DNA of 63,899 nucleotides, the filler included, from Octopus bimaculoides (taxonomy: Eukaryota), in assembly GCF_001194135.2 (NCBI RefSeq). It is 5 parts of 4 records of this genome, joined end to end, with 100 filler letters (N's around TTAATTAATTAA, not from the genome) between each part and the next. Parts side by side here need not be neighbours in the genome. Positions count along the whole stretch, not along the records: positions 1 to 28,567 come from NC_068990.1; positions 28,668 to 34,511 come from NC_069007.1; positions 34,612 to 41,270 come from NC_068991.1; 2 more parts are not named here. One strand, written 5' to 3'. Below, piece by piece: positions 25,759 through 36,705 of the stretch. How positions within the stretch are numbered: the stretch's first letter is position 1; every line of letters begins with the position of its first letter. The notes under the pieces are model-generated. The model worked only from the letters and a program-made list of their open reading frames with translations, made no database searches and was not told the origin of the DNA. Position numbers and translations under genes: made by a program.

Positions 25759-27801
25759 TATATATATGCATTTAATGCTGTTACTTTATGTCGTTTGTGA
25801 TATAAATATTTCAAAGCATTATGTATTCCGTGTCTTCCAGAACTGATTCTTAGACAATTTTGTCTCTTTAATAATTTTGAAAGAGCGAATTATCAAGGAG
25901 CGATAATTAGTGCCAATTGTTTTACGGGTTTAACAAAGTATTATTTACACCGCCCTGTATGCGCTATTTACACTTACAATCACGTTAGGTGCACATGCGC
26001 ATTCTAATGGTATAAATCACATAATTTGCGCCTTTTTACCGTGTTTGCTTGTTGGCAAGGTCTCTTTCACATGTAAGTTTGTTTCTCAATTGTTTTTTAA
26101 AAATAGTTTTTGAAGGCTTGTGGCTAGGTATACGGTATCGTCCAATAATTATACATTAATATGTTTGGTCGCGATAGTTATTCTATGTCTGAAGATGTTA
26201 AATCTGCTGTGTTCTTTCATTTCTCTAAATAAAGCTAACTGGTTATCTCTATGTAATCTTAAGGACGAAAATTGCTTATAAACATCAAAGGACGAAAACT
26301 GCTTATAACACCCACCTTTTTTGACAACGTTTCTTAGCAATGTTGACATACCTGAGATTTTTCCGAGCTGCTGTCAATCGTAGTAGACATTTGCCAAAAC
26401 GTCGCCAAAGAAGTTTGGCATATAACCATGAAGTTCATAGGATTGACCATCCAAACCAAGAGATTTGTCCTTCGCGCAACAGCTCACCGCCTATCGTTTC
26501 TCAGTTGCAATTTAATAGCCTCTTGCAGTAATTTGCGCCTTCTGATAAGAAGCACAGGTGGTCTTCAAAGTAGTCACTAAAGTTCACTACCCTTCTCTGA
26601 CCCACGACTCGTTCCTAACAGTCTAATAAAAGTGTTGCAGGAACGCCGCATACATACGCCAGGCCTGGTCCGTGAAAGACCAAATGAGAGTTTTGTTGCT
26701 GCGTTGCGCTTCCATCACTGAAGCCCGTCAAACGGCTGTTGTTTTCTTCTCTTGTTTTAGTACATGGTCTCTGGAACTGACAACGTAGCATTCGTGTTTT
26801 GAGTTGCAGAAATGGTCGAACGATTTACAAAGACACAGTAAAGCTGTTATTCATTCTAATAAAATCTATATCACATCACATTTTGTCATATGATATGTAG
26901 CCGATACCGTGCAATGTTTGTTCTTGCCTATTTTGTTTACTACAAATATATACACAGCATATTAATTGAAGCTTTTTTTAAAAAAAAATAATGTAGAAGA
27001 CCCACAAGCAGGTGGAGGACCCTGGGCTGCCTCTCCCAAAGGCCATTCCTTAATTCAGCACTGCATAAATATTAAAGAAAGATACTACGCTAAATATTTC
27101 TTCTCCGGAATCAAGATCGTGTTGATGCCGTCATCAGCGGGTAGCAAAGAGCAAGTATCGACAGAAAATTACAGGTTGTATGCAAAGTCAATGAAGTGAG
27201 ATTCTAACATCAAAAATATCGAGGAGTCATTTTACGATATCTTTAACTGTGAAAAATGAAATGAGCGTTGTTAACTGACGCTAACATTAAAAACTAATTT
27301 TAAATCAACAAATATAAATGCAGATTATTGTTGAATTAGGAATAATTATCTTACAAATATAAAGAAAATTCGTTTTCCCTATAAAGAATCTTAATTTCGA
27401 CCTCTTGTTTGTAAATAAGCTGAAATTTTCTATTAAATCTTCTTTGTTATCCAATGAGGAGGACACAAATAATTTTATTGATTCGACTTCTAGAAGCACG
27501 GACTTGTGTCCAAATTAAATATGTTTAGTATATGTAGATACATTTCTTTTAAGATGTATGACAGGATTTTATTTTCTATTGTTCTTTTGTTTTAGCCATC
27601 ATTAAATTTGATTTTATTATTGCTGTAAACATTAATTTGTTTCCTGTTTATCGAGTTTTCTGCTAAGAAGTCAAACACACTAAACACGGCATTTATGGTT
27701 TTTACGATAAACTTACAGACACACAGATACATACATAAATGTATGCGCGTGTATATATACATACATACATATATATGAGTTGGTGTGGGGGTGAGTGTGT
27801 G

Positions 27802-27834
<33 letters not shown>

Positions 27835-28106
27835 ATATATATGTATATATATATATATATATANNNNNNNNNNNNNNNNNNNNNNNNNNNNNNNNNNNNN
27901 NNNNNNNNNNNNNNNNNNNNNNNNNNNNNNNNNNNNNNNNNNNNNNGTGGGATAAATCCGTTGTAGTTCAGGCTTACGCTGCTGCATTCCACTTGATGCA
28001 ACCCTCAGGCATCAGTGTGCTGACCGGCATCGTTAGGTGAAGTCGGACTGCCACGTTGTGCGTCTTTATTTTGCAATGCTTCTTCCCTGTTCGTCGATTC
28101 TTGCGA

Positions 28107-28380
28107 TGACTGAAACGAAAGAACATCGTGTTTCCGTGAAATTTTGTTTTTACTGCTGGGGAAAACGGCAGCCGAAACAGTTGTGATGCTTCAGACAGTT
28201 TACAAGGACGCTACCATGAGCAAAACATAAGTTTACGATTGGTTTTCACGCTTTGGTGAGGGTCACTTATTAACTTGAAGGCCAACATCGTTCAGGGCGA
28301 CCATCGACCTCCCGAACGAGCAAAAACATCATGAAAATTCACGAACTGATCTTGGAGGAACGTCGCCGAACAACTGACAA
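28107..28380 (+). mobile_element. mariner transposase N-terminal relic
   Basis: MTETKEHRVSVKFCF-GKTAAETVVMLQTVYKDATMSKT*VYDWFSRF...RSGRPSTSRT...IHELILEERRRT (HTH and GRP motif). Confidence 0.8.
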
Positions 28381-28429
28381 ATTTCTAAATCTCTCAAAGA
28401 GATTTATGCAGTAGTGATACGATGAAGTG

Positions 28430-28473
<44 letters not shown>

Positions 28474-28535
28474 GTTGTTGTTGTTTTTTTTCTTCTTTCT
28501 TCAAATTTTCTTCCATTTCTCGCCGAGTGTTTTCC

Positions 28536-28567
<32 letters not shown>

Positions 28568-28667
28568 NNNNNNNNNNNNNNNNNNNNNNNNNNNNNNNNN
28601 NNNNNNNNNNNTTAATTAATTAANNNNNNNNNNNNNNNNNNNNNNNNNNNNNNNNNNNNNNNNNNNN
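28568..28667. other. Artificial 100-bp scaffold spacer 44N-TTAATTAATTAA-44N
   Basis: Identical structure at 34512-34611, 41271-41370 and 48108-48207. TTAATTAATTAA places stops in all six frames. Confidence 0.9.
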
Positions 28668-28782
28668 CCAGTGGCACTTATATTCGTAGTGGTTGATGAC
28701 ACCAGGTAGCCAAAGACAGTGAACGTGCTTTAACAGCATACAACCAGGTATAGACACAAGTTTAAAAGAATTATGTATATGT

Positions 28783-28826
<44 letters not shown>

Positions 28827-29569
28827 TATGAACAGACAGTTATTTGTATTGAAGCAAGATTTATTTGAATCTATGTAAACTTTCAAACAAATATAATCTC
28901 ATCATGTATAGATATATCTATTTTACATATTACTCTGTGGACAGTGTCAAATTATTCAGACTGTTTTCTGTCCACAGAGAGATGCAGGAAATAAAAGCGT
29001 GTTTGCACGGGGTCAGTGTATCGTTTAAATATACACGCAGCCTCGGCTAACTGTTGTATTGATTCAGAAGATATATATATATATATAAAGAGTTATCGTT
29101 TAGAACACAATTAACTTTCTATGTGGGAGTATGTGTTTGTATCAATGAATAAATTTTAAAAATGTATGTACACACACATATACACAGACATATATATATA
29201 TTTTATTAATATTTAGCAGAAACAACAGAGTGACATAACAGCCAAGACCTTCGTGCGCTAGAACACTCGGGCCGTGAATCATTTGCTTCTAGTATGATTA
29301 AAAAAATATGCATGCAATCTTTTGTGTTCACATTTTCCTGTTTGCATCACAAGTCTCTCTTTCTCTGTACACACACACACTTATACATACACACATCGTT
29401 TGATGACAGAAGGTGAAAAACATTTAAGGAAATAGGTAACAGTTATTCCAATAATTGTTTTTCAAGTATACTAGCAAACCTTTGGGGACGTAAGTAAACC
29501 GACTGTGAAGCGCTAGCATGCGGCACAAACAAACAGAAAGAAAATATCACACACAGATATATAGCTACG

Positions 29570-29617
<48 letters not shown>

Positions 29618-30652
29618 TTACAGTACGGTGCTATCGCTACATATTTCTCGCTCAGAGATTCAAAACTAGCTATTTTTCTCTTTACGAGATCAGTGACTGT
29701 GTGTCGCATTAAAAGTATATACTGATTGATTAACTCTTAGTTGAATCAATCGACCTCAGTACTATTTTTGCCAAGCTTGGTACATATTCTCTCTGTCTCT
29801 TCTGACCCACAGCTAGGTTACAGGGACGTAGAACAACACCGGTTGCCTAGCAGTCAAGAGTAAAAACCACAGACAAAAAGACACACACGTCAGACCTCCT
29901 TCAGTTTCCCTCTACCAAATCCACTCACAAGGCTTTGGTCGGTCCGAGGCTGTAGTATAAGACACTTAGCCAAGGTGTTACGCATTGGGAATGAACCCAC
30001 AACCATGCGGTTGGGAAGCAACCACACAACCACGCCTACACCTATAGTGTTGTATGTCTATGTTTCTTAATAAACCATAAACATTCTGAGGATATCTTCA
30101 GCGCATCCATTCAAGATTTTAGCAGAAGCAGTCCGACGCAGACTGGTATTTTTGTTTCTAATTTTTCTCTTTTTGTTTCATAATTCGAAATATTTATATT
30201 AGACAGGATCTGAGGAGTTTTCTTTTAAAAAGAAACTCATTTACAAAGCTGGAATTTGTATATCAAGAGCGGTAAAATTGCCATATAATAATTTCGAAAG
30301 CTTTGTTTAATTTTATTGTTTCGCTCACAGATTTTATTTCCAAAGTACGTGATTGGCCCTGGCAATTAACACACTGGCCTTATTGCGACCCAACACTGCA
30401 TCACTTGCATTTCAACATATTTTTCTTGTCAATCGGAATCCACCGAAATCCTAAGCCTAAACGAAGCCGACGGATTTCGTTGGACTTTCAGCAAGCAAAT
30501 CGTTGGGTGAGACTACATAGATATGTCAAGGATAAATGTGCAAATGTCGCACTACGGAGCGCAGAAAACGATTGTCTATAATTACGTACATGCATATGCG
30601 TGCTTAAGTGTGTGTGAGTGTGTTTGAGTCTATCTCTCTGTATATATATCTT

Positions 30653-30692
<40 letters not shown>

Positions 30693-30897
30693 CCTCTATA
30701 TCTATTATGGCGTAGTCTATCAGAAACTACACAACAGCACACACGCACACTAGCTATAACACCCATTTCTCTAGATGTGGCAGTGGAGGACTGCTGCACC
30801 ACTGTATCAAAAAAATATTGCTTTACATCTAATGTTACTTCCTAACTGAATATATTTCTTTCCTTGACGTTATTTTTATTTTTTTTCATCATTTTTG

Positions 30898-30970
<73 letters not shown>

Positions 30971-31554
30971 GAGGTTTTTACCTGTCTGAAGTATTAGCTA
31001 GGTCCGAGCATACCTTTATGGCTGTTTCTTTTTTATGGTCACGGTATTCCCTTTAGTATAGCTGTTTTTGATGTTGCCTTCATTTCAGATCTCAGCTGTT
31101 CCACATCTAATGTAATATCCCGGTAGATATGTTCAGCTGCAACGATAATCGATATTGATACCCTTCCTACGAATTTAATCAGCAAAGCTATACAGCAGGA
31201 CTTTATGGTAAAGTGTTCAGGTAGGATTCTACATTAACAGCTGCCATCTTTGCATTCTCAATGATACTTAATTATCCCCAGAGAGTTTCTCCATTACGCA
31301 TGCGTATTCGTTAAATGACATACGAATAGAATAAATATTATGGGGATCCAATGCACCCTGTATTGAGTACTATATCTTTCCTTGCAAGCGAAATATAGAA
31401 AACATACACACATATACGTATATAACAAATTGAGAGGTGTATATATTTGTTATGAACAGGATTAGATGATAATTAATTATCTTATGAACATTTAATAAAA
31501 TGACCCAACTTTGAAGTTACTGAAGAACTTTATACTTATATACATTCATGCAGC

Positions 31555-31608
<54 letters not shown>

Positions 31609-31804
31609 GAGAGAGAGAGAAAGAGAAAGTAGTGGTACTCCTAAGCACGAATGTTTACTAGAAATAGCAGTCGATACATTTACGAAAGCTTCAATGTGTA
31701 TATACTTGCAAAGACGTATAAATGATAATATTAATAATAACAACAACAACAACAACATCGAAAAATATCATAGGAAGTAGAACCCAGGTTCGAAATTTCC
31801 CCAA

Positions 31805-31850
31805 GACACCTGATGAAGGCTGGAAGGTATATTAGCCGAAACGTTGTGTC
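31805..31850 (+). ncRNA. Minimal type I hammerhead ribozyme motif in a Penelope-like terminal repeat
   Basis: GACAC-CTGATGA-A-GGCTGG(AAGGTATA)TTAGCC-GAAA-CG-TT-GTGTC: stem I, canonical core, 6-bp stem II and a palindromic loop-less stem III. Confidence 0.7.
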
Positions 31851-33145
31851 AACAGCAAACAAGATGAGGACAAATATCCGTCAAATGTAAGTAATGTAAA
31901 TAATGTAAATAATTCCTCACGTCTTAAATATAGAACTGTATCGGCTTTCCTTTGTCAACGTTCAGGAAACCTCGGCCTCTGAAATCTCCTCGTTGCTGAT
32001 AAATCTGTCTGTAGTTAAACCTGCAGTGACTTAGATTATAGCTAATCGACACATTACAGTCCAGTTGATATTTTTCCCGTTTAACACTATTTTAGTGATT
32101 AGAATGTGTGATCTGATATAACTAAAAGCCCTATGATAAAAGTGCTCAAGAGATGTTTTTATGAATACAAATGCTAAACCAGTAATGTGTGAGCTGAAAC
32201 ATTTAAGAGTTAATAGCTGTAACCATTAAAATAATAAATCATATGTTATTGTCGATAGACAGAGTCGATGTGATTAGTTGTTTAACAAAATGGAAGACAG
32301 ATCGTTACTGATTAATGTTCTGTCAACAATTGAACTGTCAACAAAATTTAGTTGTGACTGATGACGCTACTTTAGAAATGGAAAAAAATAAAAATATTAA
32401 AAATTTAACAATCAAGGATATATTTTTTTTTTTTTTGGTGTTTAAAATTCCTGCTTTATATTTATATTCAATTTTATATTTTATACTTATTTCCAGTTTC
32501 TTTTAAAGTAAAATCGCGGATACATTTTTAATGCAAGCAATATATTTTAATGATATGCCCTTCAATATGTGAATGATTCTGACGTCATTCATTGAAAGGC
32601 AGATATCTCTGAGAGGTCGATGAGAGTTGACAAATGTATGCCCCACTTATGTTATTTAGTACCGTTTCATATTCATCCACTCTTTTACCTCGTGTGAAAC
32701 AGACGCGCGTCCTTATGGTCAGATGCTCGCTCTGCTCTCAAAAACCACCACCACTCACAGCACAGAGATTTCAGCGGATATTGGTTCATGACTTACATGC
32801 ATTGAGACTGATTTACAAGCAGAGGTTCATGACAAATTAAGCAGATATGGTCAGTGTTTTCAGAAAGGTCTTTCCAAAGGTCATCTCTTTAAAGGAACTG
32901 TGAAACTCGGTGGGGAAAATGATCAAAAATTTTCGTTTGGTATCTCGAATGCTATCGCGAAATGCTAGGTGATAATTCTACAACTGTTGTTGCATTCTAT
33001 GATGATGGTGGTGGAAATAATGTTCTCGTAGAGATTGCAGATGCCGATGTGAATACGAAATGCTGCCTGTGTATATATACATATGTATATATAATGTGCA
33101 TATACACACACACACACACATACATACATACATACATACATACAT

Positions 33146-33182
<37 letters not shown>

Positions 33183-33237
33183 TACACACACACACACACA
33201 CACATACACACACACATATATATATATNNNNNNNNNN

Positions 33238-33293
<56 letters not shown>

Positions 33294-34463
33294 CACACGT
33301 TTATTAATATTTATATGTGTTTATATATGTATAATGATTGTTTGTCTATTTCTAGAGAAATTAGGACGCAAAATATTATAATATATATATATATAAATGT
33401 ATATCCTCAATAACGAAGTGAATTGTCACTCGCATTTTGGTGCACGGAATATCTGCGTTCACTTAATATAGAATCAACGAATCTATTTAAACCACTCTAG
33501 TTCAGTTAATCCTTACAGAGTAACATGAATCACGTAGTTTCTTGTTTGAAATGTCAAGGGTGTATTTGTGTGACTGACTGTACTGAAGTAGAAACTGACT
33601 TTTACTGACTCACGACATTTGGAGGCAAATGAACGACGCAGTCTGTTTGGTCTACGGTAGTGGTTGTTTATTAATACACCCTGGGATTTTGAAACGTATG
33701 GGGCATATCCATTGTTAATTTCGTCCAAATATGGCATTTAGAAGATACTTGCTATTTGAAATAATCGATACCATTGTCTGCTCTGATATTTGGAACTTTC
33801 CGATGAAACGAAATCTACAGATCCGTGATCCATTGTAGAAAGGAATGGATTTATTGAAGATGTCTGTTATTATAGAATGTTTATATCTCTGCTCTCTGAT
33901 TAACGAAAGAAAGAAAATAAATAGCGTTGGATATATAACATATGTAATAACAGAGCCTTCCATTAACACACACACACACACACACACACATATCTATGCA
34001 AACATACATACATCTCTATCTCCATAGATTCTAGTCAAAATATTCTAGAACGCTTGGTGGTGCATCATTGCTGTTAATGGATACGTCCGTGGTCGTGATT
34101 TTCCGACAGATTACGCTTTACTATGATGGCGGGTGTGCAAATGGCTGCGTGAATATTAATGACGTACTTGTATTCACCACCAACACAACCACCGCCGCCA
34201 TCACCACAATCGACACCCTTTTCCACAGCCGCAACGGCCCTACCCAACACCGACCTCACCGTTACTGTAATTGTTTCCGTTTTCCCGAATATTTCCGCTC
34301 ATCTTTGCACCTTCGACCACTCAAAGCAATTTCCATGCACCGTCGATACATCTCGCTTACTTCTCTCCTTCTACATCGCGTTTACTTATCCACATTTCCT
34401 GTCGTTCCTCAGATCAAAGTCGACATCAACCGCTTTATCTTTATTTCACTGTATATGTGTTTG

Positions 34464-34511
<48 letters not shown>

Positions 34512-34803
34512 NNNNNNNNNNNNNNNNNNNNNNNNNNNNNNNNNNNNNNNNNNNNTTAATTAATTAANNNNNNNNNNNNNNNNNNNNNNNNNNNNNNNNN
34601 NNNNNNNNNNNTCAACATCAGCAACAGGGTCTTGATGTATGTATGTATGTATGTATGTATGTATGTATGTATGTATGTATGCATGCATGCATGTATGTAT
34701 GTATGTATGTATGTGGGAGAATATACGAAAAAACAACAGACGAGGACAGGTGGTGTAAATAACAAAAGGATGTATTAGTATGACGCTCGGGAATACGGAA
34801 AGT

Positions 34804-34838
34804 CTTTGACGTTTCGAGCTACGCTCTTCAACAGAAAG
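34804..34838 (-). ncRNA. Minimal hammerhead-like motif, variant core CUGUUGA
   Basis: Minus strand CTTT-CTGTTGA-A-GAGC(GTA)GCTC-GAAA-CG-TC-AAAG. Related copies at 9391-9426 and 62277-62312. Confidence 0.5.
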
Positions 34839-35169
34839 AATACGGAGACAAGGAGAAAAACACGGAGAAAAAAAATTGAATAGTGTTCAGTCAACGGTCA
34901 ATCATAATAATGTATGTATGTATGTATGTATGTATGTATGTATGTATGTATGTATGTATGTATGTTTTATGTTTGTATTCTCATGCATGCAGTTACATAT
35001 GTAGACATGCTCACATATATTTAAATGATAAACTTCTGGAAAGCTTTACAGATTTTTATAGTTCCAGTGATGGACTGGATCTGTAGTCTTCGAATTAGAT
35101 TACTCCTTTCTGGTTTTGAGAAGCCTAATTTCTCAAGATTGGTATTTAAGCAGTATGTATGTATGTATG

Positions 35170-35720
35170 TATGAAGTCACTTGGAATGGTTCCAGAAGAT
35201 ATAGAAACCCTCGCTTCAGATGAAGTTGAATGGCGAACAAAAGTGTGGAATGGAATGAAAGCGTTTGAAGAGGCCAGGATAACGCAAGCAAGACTCAAAA
35301 GATATTTAAGGAAGAATGTAAAGATCGAGAAGGTGAATGACAAGGACCTTTTTGTGTGCACAATCTGTGACAGACCATGCCTGTCTTTGGCTGGCCTCAA
35401 ATCTCACCTGCGAACCCATGGAAAACAAACTTCAACCAACTATTCTGACTATATGTCTGTGCACACGTTTGAATCTGGTGTATGCCAGAAGGCTTGCAAA
35501 TCCAATGGGGGTCTTAAAAGACATGTTAAGATCCACAATGAACAGAACATACCTGCAGGTATCGGTAGTTCAAATCAGAGGTGCAATCTGTGTGGTTGTT
35601 TTTTCAGAACATTGTCTGGTTTAAAAAGCCACATCAGACACCATGAAGGGGCTAAGGTGTAGGTACAGGAGGTGGTCAAATTCTGTGTAAGGAGTAGACA
35701 ACCACCATGTATGTATGTAT
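35170..35720 (+). mobile_element. 5'-truncated RTE-type LINE 3' end: ORF2 C-terminus with three C2H2 zinc fingers
   Basis: KSLGMVPEDIETLASDEVEWRTKVWNGMKAFEEARI is the typical RTE ORF2 C-terminal pattern. It is followed by CTIC...HLRTH, (S)GVC...HVKIH and CNLC...HIRHH, stop at 35662, a short 3' UTR and a (TGTA)n tail. Flanked by (TATG)n. Confidence 0.75.
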
Positions 35721-35899
35721 ATATGTGTATGGGGGTTAAATAGTTAGCACTCTTGGCAAACATTTGATCACTATAAACATATCATCTGTGCAGATTGCTC
35801 AGAACTAAAGAAAATTCGGAACTCTAATTTAGCCTTTTACGACAGGGAAGTCTGCAATGTGTGTATGTATGTTTGTATGTTTGTATTTATATATGTATG

Positions 35900-36335
35900 T
35901 GATCTTTTGTACTCTAGGCACAAGGCCCTAAAAATTTTGGGGGAGGGGCTAGTGTCTTAGATTGACCCCAGTACGCAACTGGTACTTAATCTAACAACCA
36001 CGAAAGGATGAAAGGCGAAGTCGACCTCGGCGGAATTTGAACTCAGAACGTAGCGACAGACGAAATACCGCTAAGCATTTCGCCCGGCGTGCTAACGTTT
36101 CTTATTTCTTTATTGCCCACAAGGGGCTAAACATAGAGGGGACAAACAAGGACAGACAAAGGGATTAAGTCGATTACATCGATCCCAGTGCATAACTGGT
36201 ATTTAATTTATCAACTCCGAAAGGATGAAAGGCAAAGTCGATCTCTGCGGAATTTGAACTCAGAACGTAACGGCAGACGAAATACCGCTAAGCATTTCGC
36301 CCGGCGTCCTAACGTTTCTGCCAGCTCGCCGACTT
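35900..36335 (-). mobile_element. Two tandem SINE family A copies upstream of the GALNT gene
   Basis: Two nearly unmutated minus-strand copies (~35900-36100 and ~36100-36335). Confidence 0.85.
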
Positions 36336-36606
36336 TATGTATGTAATGTGTGTGTGTGGTATGTATGCAAGTGTGTGTGTGTGTGTGCATGTATGACCAT
36401 TTATGCATGTCATCCTATTGTACTGCGTACAATTTAAGTTCATTGACCGTGTCAAAAGTCAAATGTGTCAACAGAGAATTTATGATAATCGATATTGCCA
36501 ACTGTTACAACAGGAAACAACAGGATAGCCCCAACTAAATGAAACTAAGTTCATATATATTGAAAAATAATGCGTCGATTTTTAAACGCGCGTGATCTAA
36601 CTGATA

Positions 36607-36619
36607 TGACTCACGTGAC
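36607..36619 (+). promoter_or_regulatory. Overlapping AP-1 (TGACTCA) and E-box/CLEAR-like (TCACGTGAC) motif ~90 bp upstream of the GALNT ATG
   Basis: Sequence atgactcacgtgaca in a locally CpG-retaining, repeat-free stretch; motif match only. Confidence 0.25.
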
Positions 36620-36705
36620 ATCTAGTCACCATTAATTTTCATAAATACTCGCCTAATATTACAGCAGTGCATCACAGGGTAAAAAGTTTGCTTAATTTTT
36701 TCGCT

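Noticed and set aside
24500-26000. Possible Tc1/mariner element bounded by tacaggg...ccctgta
   Set aside because: The ends do not match beyond 7 bp and no transposase peptide was recognised.
26735-26845. Strong acceptor-like tract ttgttttcttctcttgttttag followed by ~80 nt
   Set aside because: No good donor and no recognisable peptide; cannot support an exon without RNA data.
33513-33737. 74-aa non-repetitive minus-strand ORF; also 11425-11610, 26340-26531, 26966-27199 and 34068-34559
   Set aside because: No recognisable motif or splice context; these lengths are expected by chance.
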